Origin: Candidatus Aphodousia faecipullorum
GTDB lineage: Bacteria > Pseudomonadota > Gammaproteobacteria > Burkholderiales > Burkholderiaceae_F
Assembly: GCA_018714205.1 (NCBI GenBank)
Contig: DVNR01000026.1
Span: forward strand, 2,285 to 66,284
Length of the DNA: 64,000 nucleotides
Direction: 5' to 3'
Both the position numbers and the translations under genes were made by a program. The notes under the pieces are model-generated. The model ran no database searches. It was not told the DNA's origin and worked only from the letters and a program-made list of their open reading frames with translations. How positions within the stretch are numbered: position 1 is the stretch's first letter; each line of letters begins with the position of its first letter. Positions 1-11,565 of this stretch are shown here, one piece after another.

Positions 1-1131
1 GTTTCTTTAAATGAAGACGGAAGTTATCAGGTCAGCCAAAAATCAACCGATGCTATCACTGAGTCAACGGGCGCCAATGTGAACCAATCTCGGGCTATTC
101 GCGCTATTTTGAGTGATTACTCTGGCTCAAATGAAATGTTTAACAACATCGCTGAAAGCGTGGCTCTCGGCATCCAGTCGTCCAACGCCTCGGATCGACA
201 GGCTGCGCTTGATGCTGTCACAGCATTGTCTACAGAAGCCGCTCCGGTCATCGCTCAAACGCAAACTGACACGGCAACGCAAGTCTATGCCGCCGTTGGC
301 TCTCGCTTTGAGTTGACCAACACTCAAGAACCGGGTTCAAACCTCTGGGTCCAAGGTCTCTTCTCAACGGGTGACTACGATGACAACGGCACTGCCAAAG
401 GTTACGACACCGACAGCAACGGTATCGCTTTTGGTCTTGACTCCGCTGTGACCGATTCCGTGAAGGTTGGTGTGGGCTTTGCTTACACCAATACGGATAT
501 CGATGGGTTCTTACGTGATACCGACGTAGAATCCAAGACGGCCTTCATCTACGGTCAATACAAGCCCTCTAACTGGTATGTGAACGGCATCATGTCTTAT
601 GGTTGGTCGTCCTATGACGAATCCAAGCATGTCGCCGGCTTTAATGTCGGCGCGGATTACGACGTTGAAACGTTCGGTTTGCAAGCAATGACGGGCTACG
701 ACTTTGAAGTCGCCGGAATCAATGTCACGCCGGAAGCCGGTTTACGCTACTTCCGGATCAGCCAAGACGGTTACACGGACGCTGCCGGTAGCACGGTTGG
801 CAGCGAAGACAACGACGTGTTAACGGCCGTTGTCGGCGCCAAGGTCAACAAGGCCTGGGAAGTGTCGCCTTCTGTTGTGATCAAGCCGCAAGCTCGCTTA
901 GCGATGACCTATGACTTGGTCGATGCGGATAACAACTCCGTGATCACGCTTGCTAACGGCGCAACATACCGCGTCGAAGGCGAAACGATGGATCGCTTCG
1001 GTGTTGAAGTCGACGTTGGTGTGGCTGCCGAAGTCACTGATAACTTCGAATTTGCCCTCACCTACTCAGGCAACTTCCGCGGTGACTTCCAAAATCACGC
1101 TGGTTTGATTAACGCCAAGTACAAGTTCTAA
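1..1131 (+). CDS. Autotransporter beta-barrel domain protein (5'-truncated by window edge)
   Basis: Frame open from base 1; about 270 aa of amphipathic beta-strands beginning NLWVQGLF and ending GLINAKYKF with terminal Phe. Confidence 0.85.
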   Translation, partial: VSLNEDGSYQVSQKSTDAITESTGANVNQSRAIRAILSDYSGSNEMFNNIAESVALGIQSSNASDRQAALDAVTALSTEAAPVIAQTQTDTATQVYAAVGSRFELTNTQEPGSNLWVQGLFSTGDYDDNGTAKGYDTDSNGIAFGLDSAVTDSVKVGVGFAYTNTDIDGFLRDTDVESKTAFIYGQYKPSNWYVNGIMSYGWSSYDESKHVAGFNVGADYDVETFGLQAMTGYDFEVAGINVTPEAGLRYFRISQDGYTDAAGSTVGSEDNDVLTAVVGAKVNKAWEVSPSVVIKPQARLAMTYDLVDADNNSVITLANGATYRVEGETMDRFGVEVDVGVAAEVTDNFEFALTYSGNFRGDFQNHAGLINAKYKF

Positions 1132-1164
1132 GCCTTCAGGTCACTGAAGTTACCCTAAGAACTT

Positions 1165-1196
1165 AATCCGAGCCGCCCATTGCGGCGGCTCGGATT
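1165..1196 (+). terminator. Stem-loop after autotransporter gene
   Basis: 13-bp perfect stem AATCCGAGCCGCC-CATTGC-GGCGGCTCGGATT; short U tract. Confidence 0.6.
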
Positions 1197-1211
1197 TCCG
1201 TCCCTGTCTCC

Positions 1212-1700
1212 ATGAGCACGATTCGCATTTACAGCCTGCAAGACAAGCAGAAAGCCCTCGAATGCTTCGCTTCCGGAATGAGCGCGGCGCAGACTCACGA
1301 GCGCCTGAAATTCAGTTATGCGACTCTTAGAAAATGGCACCATCTCTTCCAAGCCAATGATCTTTCGTGGGCGGTTTCCGATGACGAGCAATTCATTGAG
1401 CGACAAAAGGCGTTAGCTCTTTTTCAAGAGGGACGAGGCTATAAATTCGTGGCGAGCGCTTTGGGTGTCTCACAAAGCCGAACAAAATATTGGATGCACA
1501 TGTTTAAAAATGGGCAACTGAGTTTTTTCTTTGAAGGCTCTAAGCGTCCCAAGTGTTATGACGAAACTTTTCGAAATCAGATATTGCGCCTTTTTTCACA
1601 AACAACTCAATCAAAAAAAGCGTTTTCATACCGCGTTGGCATTTCCGTCGGCGTTTTGAAGAAGTGGCTAAAAGAAGAAGCGCTAAAAGCAAACGATTAG
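1212..1700 (+). CDS. Protein with three tandem helix-turn-helix units (IS3/IS150 OrfA-like)
   Basis: Three repeats of the pattern K..AL..F..G......A..LG.S..T...W (e.g. KALALFQEGRGYKFVASALGVSQSRTKYW). Confidence 0.7.
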   Translation: MSTIRIYSLQDKQKALECFASGMSAAQTHERLKFSYATLRKWHHLFQANDLSWAVSDDEQFIERQKALALFQEGRGYKFVASALGVSQSRTKYWMHMFKNGQLSFFFEGSKRPKCYDETFRNQILRLFSQTTQSKKAFSYRVGISVGVLKKWLKEEALKAND

Positions 1701-1948
1701 TCTTGAACTATTGAAGATTTTGTTAACCTTTACCGGTTTGCGACCGAAAGCCAAGAAAGCCATAAATTCCGGCGGTTCCATTTCAAAATGTCGTTTTTTA
1801 GAGACGAAATAAATCAACTCAAAATAATTCTTGAAAAAATAGTCTCTAAAACCCTTATTTTTAGTACAAAACCCTAGTTTTCAAGGGCTTGGATGGAGTA
1901 TATTAAGGGTGTTCTTATTCCCTTGTTTTACTTTTAGGAGAACACCCA

Positions 1949-2254
1949 ATGAACAAGCAAGACCTCATCGCGATTGTCGCTGAAGAAAACGAACTCTCCA
2001 AGGCTCAAGCCGGTCGTGTGATTGACACGGTTTTCGATGCGATCGTTAAGTCCGTGGCCAAAGGCGACGGCTTCCAATTGATCGGTTTCGGTTCTTTCAA
2101 GGCTGTAACGCGTGACGCTCGCGAAGGCCGCAATCCTTCCACGGGTGAAACGATCCAAATCCCGGCCACGACGTTGCCGAAGTTTGTCCCTGGCGCTGCT
2201 TTCAAGGCGGCCGTCGCAAAGAAAAAATGCGGTAAGGGCTGCAAAAAGCACTAA
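1949..2254 (+). CDS. hup: HU family nucleoid-associated DNA-binding protein
   Basis: MNKQDLI, GFGSF, AREGRNPSTGE, PKFVPG motifs; RBS AGGAGA upstream. Confidence 0.95.
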   Translation: MNKQDLIAIVAEENELSKAQAGRVIDTVFDAIVKSVAKGDGFQLIGFGSFKAVTRDAREGRNPSTGETIQIPATTLPKFVPGAAFKAAVAKKKCGKGCKKH

Positions 2255-2274
2255 TTTGGCTTGACGCCGAAAGG

Positions 2275-2300
2275 AAAAAGCCGCCATCCGGCGGCTTTTT
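2275..2300. terminator. Bidirectional intrinsic terminator between hup and proS
   Basis: AAAAAGCCGCC-ATCC-GGCGGCTTTTT between convergent genes. Confidence 0.85.
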
Positions 2301-2345
2301 CGTACATAGAATCGGCCATCAGGGCCTATCCCTGATTGCTGTCAA

Positions 2346-4088
2346 TCATTGGCGTTGTGTTTTTAAGAAGGCAACGGCATCTTCGATCTTGACCATGTGC
2401 TTTTCTTTTAAAGCACGACGGCTGACATATTCGACTTCCCCGTTCTTTAAGCCTCTTTCCCCAACAACAAAGCGATGCGGCACACCGATTAGCTCCCAAT
2501 CGGCAAACATCACACCGGGACGCATTTCACGGTCATCTAAAATGACATCCACACCGGCAGCCAAAAGCTCTTCATAAAGCTGATCGGCGGCTTCGCGCAC
2601 CATGTCGCTCTTGGAGTAACCCATCGGACAAATGACCACTTCAAATGGAGCGATGGACTCAGGCCAAATGATGCCTTGTTCATCATGCCCCTGTTCAATG
2701 GCGGCTCCCAACAAGCGGGTGACACCGATACCATAGCACCCCATCTCCAAAACCTGAGGCTTGCCGTTTTCATCCAAATACGTGGCATTCAATGCCTTTG
2801 AGTACTTGGTACCAAGATAGAACACATGGCCCACTTCAATACCGCGTTGCAAACGCAAAATGCCTTTGCCGTCAGGCGAGGCATCACCTTCAACCACATT
2901 GCGCAAATCCGCAACCTTGGGTTCTGGAAGATCCCGCCCCCAGTTGACGCCGGTAATGTGGTAACCCTCTTCGTTGGCTCCACAAATGAAGTCACTCATC
3001 TTGGCCGCTGTCAAATCCGCATAGACCACGATGTCGCTATTGACACCAACCGGTCCCAAGTAACCGGGTTTGCTACCGAAGGCATGAACAATTTCTTCAT
3101 CAGTGGCAAAACGGAACCCTTCTTTGAGTTCTTCCAACTTGCCGGCTTTCACTTCATTGAGCTCGTGATCGGCGCGAAGCAAAATCATGACGATTTGAGG
3201 TTCAATGGGTTCCCCCTTTTCATTGACGCGGTCAGCGGCAAGCACCACGGACTTCATCGAAGAGGTCAACTCTCGCCCTAAATATTCGACCAAGGCTTCG
3301 CACTTTTCTTTCCCCGGTGTGGGTACCTTTTGCATGGTTTCTGTTGCAGGCGCGCGCGTTTCGATTAATGCTGGAGCTGGAGCCAACTCAATATTGGCCG
3401 CGTAGTCGCTCGTCGGGCAATAGGCGATTAAGTCCTCACCCGTATCCGCGATCACTTGGAATTCGTGAGAGCGATCTCCGCCAATGGAACCGGTGTCAGC
3501 GGCGACGGCTCGGAAATTCAACCCCAGGCGTTTGAAAATCGCTTGATAGGCGTTAAACATCTTGTCATAGGAGACAAGCGCGCCAGCCTGATCGCGGTCA
3601 AACGAATACCCGTCTTTCATCGTGAACTCACGACCACGCATCACACCAAAGCGAGGACGACGTTCGTCACGGAACTTCGTCTGAATTTGATAAAAGTTAA
3701 CAGGCAATTGACGCCAAGAGCGGATCTCTTGACGGGCAAAATCCGTGATCACTTCCTCAGAAGTCGGCTGAATCACGAAATCACGCTCATGGCGATCTTT
3801 AAATCGGAGCAGTTCAGGGCCGTATTTTTCCCAACGGCCAGATTCTTGCCACAACTCAGCCGGCTGAACCATCGGCAGCAACAGTTCAATCGCGCCAGCA
3901 CGGTTCATTTCTTCACGAATAATCGTTTCAATTTTGCGGATGGAGCGCAAGCCCATCGGCATGTAGGTATAGACACCGGCGGCTAATCGTTTAATCATGC
4001 CGGCACGAATCATAAGCTGCTGGCTGACGATATCAGCATCAGCAGGCGCTTCTTTCAACGTAGAAATAAAAAAGGAACGAGCTCGCAT
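2346..4088 (-). CDS. proS: Proline--tRNA ligase
   Basis: Start reassigned to [10 protein letters not shown]; [40 protein letters not shown] motifs and INS editing domain. Confidence 0.97.
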   Translation of the reverse strand: MRARSFFISTLKEAPADADIVSQQLMIRAGMIKRLAAGVYTYMPMGLRSIRKIETIIREEMNRAGAIELLLPMVQPAELWQESGRWEKYGPELLRFKDRHERDFVIQPTSEEVITDFARQEIRSWRQLPVNFYQIQTKFRDERRPRFGVMRGREFTMKDGYSFDRDQAGALVSYDKMFNAYQAIFKRLGLNFRAVAADTGSIGGDRSHEFQVIADTGEDLIAYCPTSDYAANIELAPAPALIETRAPATETMQKVPTPGKEKCEALVEYLGRELTSSMKSVVLAADRVNEKGEPIEPQIVMILLRADHELNEVKAGKLEELKEGFRFATDEEIVHAFGSKPGYLGPVGVNSDIVVYADLTAAKMSDFICGANEEGYHITGVNWGRDLPEPKVADLRNVVEGDASPDGKGILRLQRGIEVGHVFYLGTKYSKALNATYLDENGKPQVLEMGCYGIGVTRLLGAAIEQGHDEQGIIWPESIAPFEVVICPMGYSKSDMVREAADQLYEELLAAGVDVILDDREMRPGVMFADWELIGVPHRFVVGERGLKNGEVEYVSRRALKEKHMVKIEDAVAFLKTQRQ

Positions 4089-4188
4089 TGTTTTCTCGCA
4101 GATTACGGTACAATTTTTGCATTGTGCACTTTCTACCGACGCAACGGTAGAGGTGAAAGAAGAGATTTTAAAGATTTTGAGGCCTTTC

Positions 4189-4710
4189 ATGTTGGATCGT
4201 GACGGATACCGTCCCAACGTTGGGATTATTTTGGCCAATCAAGACAATAAAGTATTCTGGGCAAAACGTATTCACAAGCCGGCCTGGCAGTTTCCACAAG
4301 GCGGCGTTGACGAGGGAGAAGACCTGGAAACGGCGCTTATGCGCGAGCTTTATGAAGAGATTGGCTTAAAACGTGAAGATGTGAGCATTATTGCGCACAC
4401 GAACCGTTGGCTTTATTACGATGTGCCTGAACCGTTTCGTCGTGCGGACCGCTCTGTCTATCGCGGTCAAAAGCAAGTATGGTTCTTGTTGCGGCTTTTA
4501 TGCTCAGACGACAAAATTAACCTTAACGCATTTGGTCAACCGGAATTTGATGACTGGCGCTGGAACGACTACTGGGTTCCATTGCGCGATGTTATCGATT
4601 TTAAGCACGATGTGTACCGTCAGGCTTTGTCGGACCTGGCACCGTACCTTTTCGGCGAAAATGACCGCCGTTCTAAACCGAGCCCCGGGTGGCTGCTTTA
4701 CGGTTTTTAG
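4189..4710 (+). CDS. rppH: RNA pyrophosphohydrolase
   Basis: [15 protein letters not shown] start, WQFPQGG Nudix box with [15 protein letters not shown]; divergent from proS. Confidence 0.93.
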   Translation: MLDRDGYRPNVGIILANQDNKVFWAKRIHKPAWQFPQGGVDEGEDLETALMRELYEEIGLKREDVSIIAHTNRWLYYDVPEPFRRADRSVYRGQKQVWFLLRLLCSDDKINLNAFGQPEFDDWRWNDYWVPLRDVIDFKHDVYRQALSDLAPYLFGENDRRSKPSPGWLLYGF

Positions 4711-4718
4711 GAGTACCT

Positions 4719-4994
4719 ATGGCTGAAACAAAAGACAAGCGACAGTTGCGCAATCGGTTGCACCGCATCCAAGGACAAGTCGCCGCATTGGAAAACATGA
4801 TCATGGACGACAAACCTTGTCGGGACGTCCTTATTCAAATCAATGCCGCGCAAAGCGCTTTGCATAAACTCGGTCAGGCGCTGCTCACTGAACATATTGA
4901 GCAAAGTCTTGCCAAAGGCGTCAAAAAATCCGAAGTCAAGGATGCGATTGAACGCTTTGAAAAAGAACTTGAACTCTTTTCCCGCATAAACTAA
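4719..4994 (+). CDS. CsoR/RcnR/FrmR family transcriptional repressor
   Basis: RLHRIQGQV...C.DVLIQINA...EH pattern; RBS AGGAG. Confidence 0.85.
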   Translation: MAETKDKRQLRNRLHRIQGQVAALENMIMDDKPCRDVLIQINAAQSALHKLGQALLTEHIEQSLAKGVKKSEVKDAIERFEKELELFSRIN

Positions 4995-5060
4995 ACGCTT
5001 GGGCTTTGCCGCAGGCGACCCTGTCACGGCAATCTCCGGCAAAGCCCGCCGGAGATTGTC

Positions 5061-6341
5061 ATGTCTGCAATTGAATCTTATCTTCCCGAAATGCTTGCAA
5101 CGCGCAGGCAACTTCATCAATATCCCGAAATCGGCTGGTCAGAATTTCGCACGACAGAACGCATTGTCAAAACTGTGCGTTCATTAGGCTTCCAAACCGT
5201 TTTGGGCCGAGCTCTTTTCAATCTGGATTACACGCTGGGACGAAACGAGGAAAGCATTCGCAATGCGGCGAATCAAGCGCTTCGCGATGGGATGGATCCA
5301 GACATCATGAATGAGTTGGAAGGCTACACAGGATGCATGGCCATTTTTGATACAGGGCGAGAAGGACCGGTGACCGCCTTGCGCTTTGATATTGACTGTG
5401 TCGCTGTCGAGGAAGACAAAACCGATGCCAATGAGGCATGGAAAGAAGGGTTCTCATCTCGAGTTAACGGACTCATGCATGCTTGCGGACACGACGCTCA
5501 TACGGCAGTCGGATTGGGTGTCGCTCATTGGATCCATGACCATGCCAATCAACTCAAGGGAAAATTTAAATTGATTTTCCAACCGGCGGAAGAGGGTACA
5601 AAAGGCGCCGCAGGCATTGCCTTTTCACATAATCTCGATGATGTTGACTACATAATCGGCGCGCACATTGGCGTGAAAGCCCGCTTGCATGAGGTGGGCA
5701 TCATTCGTAACGGTTTTCTCTCCACCACAAAATATAACGTCCGCTTCAAAGGTGTTGCCGCTCATTCCGGTTCTTGCGCGCAATTGGGACGTAATGCTTT
5801 GATGGCAGCCTGCAACGCCGCCGTGCAACTGATGGGTATTCCCCGCCACGGTCAAGGCAATACCAACGTCAATGTGGGCATTGTCAATGCCGGCGAAGGA
5901 CGCAACATTGTTGCTGCACACGCCGACATGGAATTGGAAGTTCGAGGCGAAAACGCCGACATCAACCGCTTCATGGAAGAAACCGCGAAGCGCATGATTG
6001 CCGGCTGCGCCACAAGTTACGGTGTTGAACACGAAATCGAAATTGCCGGCATGGCTACATCGGTAACCAGTGACACTTGGTTAAGCGATTGTGTTGAAGA
6101 GGCTGCTAAAAACACTCAAGGAGTCAATCGGGTCTTTAACATCGAAGCGTGCCCTGGTAGCGAAGATTGCTCTTTGTTAATGAGCGCTGTTCAAAAGCAC
6201 GGCGGTCAAGCTGCCTTTTTCTTTTACGGCTGCAACCATCCTGGTCATCATCTAAAGACTTTCCAAATCCAAGATACGGAAAGCATACCTGTTGGTTTCT
6301 CCGTGTTTGTCAAAGTACTTGAAAAACTCAATGCCATTTAG
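5061..6341 (+). CDS. M20D amidohydrolase (AbgA-like)
   Basis: RRQLHQYPE, ALRFDID, MHACGHDAH, FQPAEEG, GSED motifs. Confidence 0.88.
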   Translation: MSAIESYLPEMLATRRQLHQYPEIGWSEFRTTERIVKTVRSLGFQTVLGRALFNLDYTLGRNEESIRNAANQALRDGMDPDIMNELEGYTGCMAIFDTGREGPVTALRFDIDCVAVEEDKTDANEAWKEGFSSRVNGLMHACGHDAHTAVGLGVAHWIHDHANQLKGKFKLIFQPAEEGTKGAAGIAFSHNLDDVDYIIGAHIGVKARLHEVGIIRNGFLSTTKYNVRFKGVAAHSGSCAQLGRNALMAACNAAVQLMGIPRHGQGNTNVNVGIVNAGEGRNIVAAHADMELEVRGENADINRFMEETAKRMIAGCATSYGVEHEIEIAGMATSVTSDTWLSDCVEEAAKNTQGVNRVFNIEACPGSEDCSLLMSAVQKHGGQAAFFFYGCNHPGHHLKTFQIQDTESIPVGFSVFVKVLEKLNAI

Positions 6342-6347
6342 TCATCT

Positions 6348-6375
6348 CTCGTCCGAATGATTTTATTCGGACGAG
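6348..6375 (+). terminator. Stem-loop after amidohydrolase
   Basis: CTCGTCCGAAT-GATTTT-ATTCGGACGAG, 11-bp stem. Confidence 0.55.
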
Positions 6376-6404
6376 GAACAATCCATATTTTTAGAACATG
6401 TCGT

Positions 6405-6438
6405 CAGCCCCCTGGCCTTAGCCAGGGGAGGATGCCAA
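6405..6438 (+). mobile_element. Isolated IS200/IS605-family right-end remnant
   Basis: CAGCCCCCTGGC-CTTA-GCCAGGGGAGGATGCCAA: subterminal hairpin followed by GGAGGATG(C)CAA, resembling IS605-group ends (...GGGGAGGATGTCAA); no tnpA or tnpB nearby. Confidence 0.5.
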
Positions 6439-6698
6439 CATGCGGATGTGGGGTTTTATCATCGGGCAATCTATTAAAAGCAAAATACGCGATCAAGCTT
6501 GATTGGCCTCTGCATTTCCTAGATCCAAAACATTAATCGATCATTTTTCAAAATCGATCCCTTTTGAAACGTGCCAATTTTACAAAACGAATCGTTTTTG
6601 CATTAGAAATAAAATACAAAAATAAATTTTTATTTGTTAAATATTATTTATTTTCATATAGTTAATTATTCAAAAATAATATCTAATGAAAAACCCTA

Positions 6699-6727
6699 TT
6701 GACAGCAAAAAAGCTTCGTTTTAGATT
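6699..6727 (+). promoter_or_regulatory. sigma70 promoter of leuABCD
   Basis: TTGACA-N17-TAGATT preceded by a very AT-rich UP-like tract. Confidence 0.7.
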
Positions 6728-6763
6728 TTCAAAAATCAGCATTTAGATTATTGGAGATCGAGC

Positions 6764-8350
6764 ATGAGTTTTTCAAAAGACCCAAATCGTGTTTTAATCT
6801 TCGATACCACGTTGCGAGATGGAGAACAAGCTCTTCCGCAAAGTTTATCGACGAAACAAAAGCTTCAAATCGCCATGGCGCTTGATCAACTTGGCGTTGA
6901 TGTCATCGAAACCGGCTTTCCCATTTCGTCGGAAGGCGACTTTAAATCCGTTCAAACCATTTCCCGAGAATTAAAGCATGCCATACCCTGCGGTCTCGCA
7001 CGCTGTGTACCCAAGGACATTGATGCTTGCGGTGAAGCATTGAAGGTTGCCGAGCAATTCCGTATCCACACTTTTATCGCCACCTCTGACATTCATGTAC
7101 ACGATAAACTGAGAAAAACACAGGACGACATCCTTGAAATGGCTGTTCGTTCTGTGAAACAGGCTCGAAACTACACCGATGATGTCGAGTTCTCTTGCGA
7201 AGATGCGGGACGAACTCCCATCGATTACCTATGCCGGATGGTCGAAAACGCCATTAAAGCGGGCGCCACAACCATTAATATTCCTGATACCGTGGGCTAC
7301 ACGGTGCCGGAAGAGTTTGGCGGCATCATTCAAACGCTCTTTAATCGCGTTCCCAATATCGATCAAGCCGTTATTTCCGTTCACTGCCACAATGACCTCG
7401 GCATGGCGACGGCAAACTCCATCACCGCCATCCAACACGGCGCACGCCAAATAGAATGCTGTGTGAATGGGCTCGGGGAAAGAGCCGGCAATTGCTCGTT
7501 AGAAGAAGTGGCAATGGCGATCAAACTTCGTCAACAACACTTAAACGGCTTGCATACAGGAATTGTCGCTCAAAACATTGCCCGAACCTCGGCGCTGGTC
7601 GCCAAGATCTGCAACGAGCCTGTACCGCCACACAAGGCCATCGTCGGGTCCAATGCCTTTGCGCATAGTTCAGGGATTCATCAGGACGGTGTTCTCAAAA
7701 ACCGCGAAACCTACGAAATTTTGACACCACAAAGTGTCGGCTTCACCGATAACACGATGCGTATGACTGCTCGCTCTGGTCGACACATGATCAAAGCCTG
7801 CCTCACTCAACTGGGCTACCCGGAAGATAGTTACGATCTCAACGAAATTTATAGCCGGTTCCTGAAACTCGCGGACCGCAAAGGTCAAGTATTTGATTAC
7901 GACCTTGAAGCACTTCTTTTCTTCCAAAAGCGTGACGAAGATGTTGAAAACTATTTTGAATTGGAAACACTTAATGTCATGTCAGGAGGTATCAATCACG
8001 GAGCCATTCCGACGGCAAGCGTCAGACTACGCGCAGGCAAACGCACCCGCACAGAATCTTGCACCGGCAACGGTCCTGTGGATGCCGTTTATAACTGCAT
8101 CTCTCGACTCACAGGCATTCGCTGCAAATTGACTAGCTACACCATTAACGCCAATGGTTCCGGCATGGACGCTTTAGGCGAAGTCAATGTCAACGTGGAC
8201 TACAACGGCCGAACATTCCATGGCATGGGCATGTCAACTGACGTGATTGAAGCCTCGGCCTTGGCTCTCATTAACGCCTGCAACATCATTGAACGCGCCC
8301 GATTAATTGATAAGGAACGCAAGCAAGAACACAGCATGCAATCAAAATAA
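6764..8350 (+). CDS. leuA: 2-isopropylmalate synthase
   Basis: [26 protein letters not shown] motifs; C-terminal regulatory domain with GNGPVDA. Confidence 0.96.
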   Translation: MSFSKDPNRVLIFDTTLRDGEQALPQSLSTKQKLQIAMALDQLGVDVIETGFPISSEGDFKSVQTISRELKHAIPCGLARCVPKDIDACGEALKVAEQFRIHTFIATSDIHVHDKLRKTQDDILEMAVRSVKQARNYTDDVEFSCEDAGRTPIDYLCRMVENAIKAGATTINIPDTVGYTVPEEFGGIIQTLFNRVPNIDQAVISVHCHNDLGMATANSITAIQHGARQIECCVNGLGERAGNCSLEEVAMAIKLRQQHLNGLHTGIVAQNIARTSALVAKICNEPVPPHKAIVGSNAFAHSSGIHQDGVLKNRETYEILTPQSVGFTDNTMRMTARSGRHMIKACLTQLGYPEDSYDLNEIYSRFLKLADRKGQVFDYDLEALLFFQKRDEDVENYFELETLNVMSGGINHGAIPTASVRLRAGKRTRTESCTGNGPVDAVYNCISRLTGIRCKLTSYTINANGSGMDALGEVNVNVDYNGRTFHGMGMSTDVIEASALALINACNIIERARLIDKERKQEHSMQSK

Positions 8351-9460
<1,110 letters not shown>

Positions 9461-9471
9461 GGGGAAACATT

Positions 9472-10872
9472 ATGGGAAAGACGCTTTACGAAAAGGTCTA
9501 TGACGCACATGTCGTCTTTGAGAAACCCGGAGAATTGCCGCTACTTTATGTCGACCGCCATTTAGTCCATGAAGTCACAAGTCCGCAAGCATTTGCTGGC
9601 TTAAGGGAAGCGCATCGTAAGCTTCGCCACCCGGAATTGATCATGGCGACAATGGACCATGACATTTCCACACAAAAAGCCACGATCGACGCCTGTAGCC
9701 CCATTGCCAAGATTCAGGTGACGACTCTCATGAAAAATTGTGAGGAATTCGGTGTTGAACTTTACGGCTTAGGGCACCCCAACCAAGGAATTGTGCACAT
9801 CATTGGTCCGCAAACCGGCTTCACGTTGCCTGGGACAACGCTTGTTTGCGGTGACTCACACACGGCGACGCACGGCGCGTTCGGCGCTTTAGCCTTCGGC
9901 ATCGGCACAAGCGAAGTCGAGCATGTCATGGCCACGCAAACCATCAAACAAGGGCGCCTGAAAACGATGCGGGTCCTTTGCAACGGCAAACTTCCTAAAG
10001 GAGTTTTCGCCAAAGACCTGATTTTGGAAATCGCCCGCAAGTTGACAACGGGTGGCGCAACGGGTTACGCCATGGAATTTGCTGGCGACGGCGTCACTTC
10101 GCTTTCCATGGAAGCCCGCATGACGCTATCGAACATGGCAATTGAAGTGGGCGCCAAAGCGGGTATGATCGCTCCGGATGAAACCACTTTTGCTTATCTA
10201 AAAGGTCGCCAATTCGCTCCCAAGGGCAAGGACTGGGATGAGGCGGTTGCATATTGGAAGACATTGCGAAGCGATGAAGATGCCGTTTTCGATAAAGAAA
10301 TTGAAATTGACTCCGGTCATCTCGTTCCAGTGGTCACCTGGGGAACCAACCCAGGACAAGGCTGTCGCATCACTGATCCGATTCCTTGCCCAGAAGACTG
10401 TGAAAATGCCAATGAAGCAGAAGCCATCCGAGCTGCTTTGAATTATGAGGGCCTCACTGGGGGACAGTCGATGTTGGGCGTTAAAATCGATTACGTTTTT
10501 ATCGGCTCGTGCACCAACGGACGTATCGAAGATTTCCGGGAAGCGGCCAAGATTCTCAAAGGTCGACATGTTGCCCCCGGCATCACGGCTCTGGCGGTTC
10601 CGGGATCTATGGGTGTCAAGACCCAAGCCGAAGCTGAGGGGCTTGATCAGATTTTCAAAGAGGCTGGATTTCAATGGCGTCTGCCCGGTTGTTCCATGTG
10701 CCTTGGAATGAACGATGATTTAGCGCCAAGCGGTGCGCGTGTGGCCTCCACATCGAACCGCAATTTCATCGGCCGCCAAGGACGAGGCTCCCGCACCCAC
10801 CTAATGAGCCCGGCAATGGCAGCTGCGGCTGCTGTAGCTGGTGAAATCGTTGATGTTCGGGAATGGATTTAA
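9472..10872 (+). CDS. leuC: 3-isopropylmalate dehydratase large subunit
   Basis: [41 protein letters not shown] motifs. Confidence 0.97.
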   Translation: MGKTLYEKVYDAHVVFEKPGELPLLYVDRHLVHEVTSPQAFAGLREAHRKLRHPELIMATMDHDISTQKATIDACSPIAKIQVTTLMKNCEEFGVELYGLGHPNQGIVHIIGPQTGFTLPGTTLVCGDSHTATHGAFGALAFGIGTSEVEHVMATQTIKQGRLKTMRVLCNGKLPKGVFAKDLILEIARKLTTGGATGYAMEFAGDGVTSLSMEARMTLSNMAIEVGAKAGMIAPDETTFAYLKGRQFAPKGKDWDEAVAYWKTLRSDEDAVFDKEIEIDSGHLVPVVTWGTNPGQGCRITDPIPCPEDCENANEAEAIRAALNYEGLTGGQSMLGVKIDYVFIGSCTNGRIEDFREAAKILKGRHVAPGITALAVPGSMGVKTQAEAEGLDQIFKEAGFQWRLPGCSMCLGMNDDLAPSGARVASTSNRNFIGRQGRGSRTHLMSPAMAAAAAVAGEIVDVREWI

Positions 10873-10888
10873 AAAAGGAGTGGAACAA

Positions 10889-11500
10889 ATGCAAAAATTT
10901 ACAAAAATGACTGCGGTGGCCGCTCCGATGGAAGCCTCCAACATTGATACCGACCAAATTATTCCGAAGCAATTTCTGCTGGCGGTTGACCGCAAGGGGT
11001 TCGGGAAGCATCTCTTTCACGGTTGGCGTTATCTTGATGCCGCAGAGACGCTACCCAATCCGGACTTTGTCCTCAACAAGCCCTGCTATCAACAGGCCAA
11101 ATTTATCGTCGCGCGTGACAATTTCGGAAACGGTTCAAGCCGTGAACACGCCCCCTGGGCATTACTTGACTTCGGAATCCGAGCCATCATCGCAAGCTCT
11201 TTTGCGGATATTTTTTCCAACAATGCCCTAGGAAATGGGCTCTTATTGGTCAAGCTCTCTCCTGAGGAAGTCGAGGAAATTCACCAAGCTTTGAATCAAA
11301 AACCAGGCATGGAGATTACCATCGATTTGGAAGAAAACACCGTCACAGTCGGCGCTAAACACTACGCCTTCTCCGTGGATCCCTTCCGACGGGAATGTAT
11401 CCTTAATGGCTTGGACACCATTGCGCTTACGCTCGCTCACGAGGAAGAAATTCAGGCCTACGAGGCGACCATCCCGGCATGGCGTCGCTTAAATCGCTAA
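10889..11500 (+). CDS. leuD: 3-isopropylmalate dehydratase small subunit
   Basis: NIDTDQIIPKQFL and NFGNGSSREHAPWAL; start MQKF after RBS AAGGAG. Confidence 0.96.
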   Translation: MQKFTKMTAVAAPMEASNIDTDQIIPKQFLLAVDRKGFGKHLFHGWRYLDAAETLPNPDFVLNKPCYQQAKFIVARDNFGNGSSREHAPWALLDFGIRAIIASSFADIFSNNALGNGLLLVKLSPEEVEEIHQALNQKPGMEITIDLEENTVTVGAKHYAFSVDPFRRECILNGLDTIALTLAHEEEIQAYEATIPAWRRLNR

Positions 11501-11515
11501 AAAGCGCCATCCCAA

Positions 11516-11545
11516 TGAAATCGGCCGCTAAAGCGGCCGATTTCA
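11516..11545. terminator. Hairpin between convergent leuD and pepF
   Basis: TGAAATCGGCCGCT-AA-AGCGGCCGATTTCA inverted repeat. Confidence 0.75.
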
Positions 11546-11565
11546 GCTTTCTATAAGCAACTCAA

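Noticed and set aside
1212-1700. Intact IS3-family element
   Set aside because: No orfB/DDE transposase, no evident terminal inverted repeats or target duplication
3997-4238. Apparent overlap of the proS and rppH ORFs
   Set aside because: Caused by upstream-extended ORF calls; the probable starts are 4088 (minus) and 4189 (plus)
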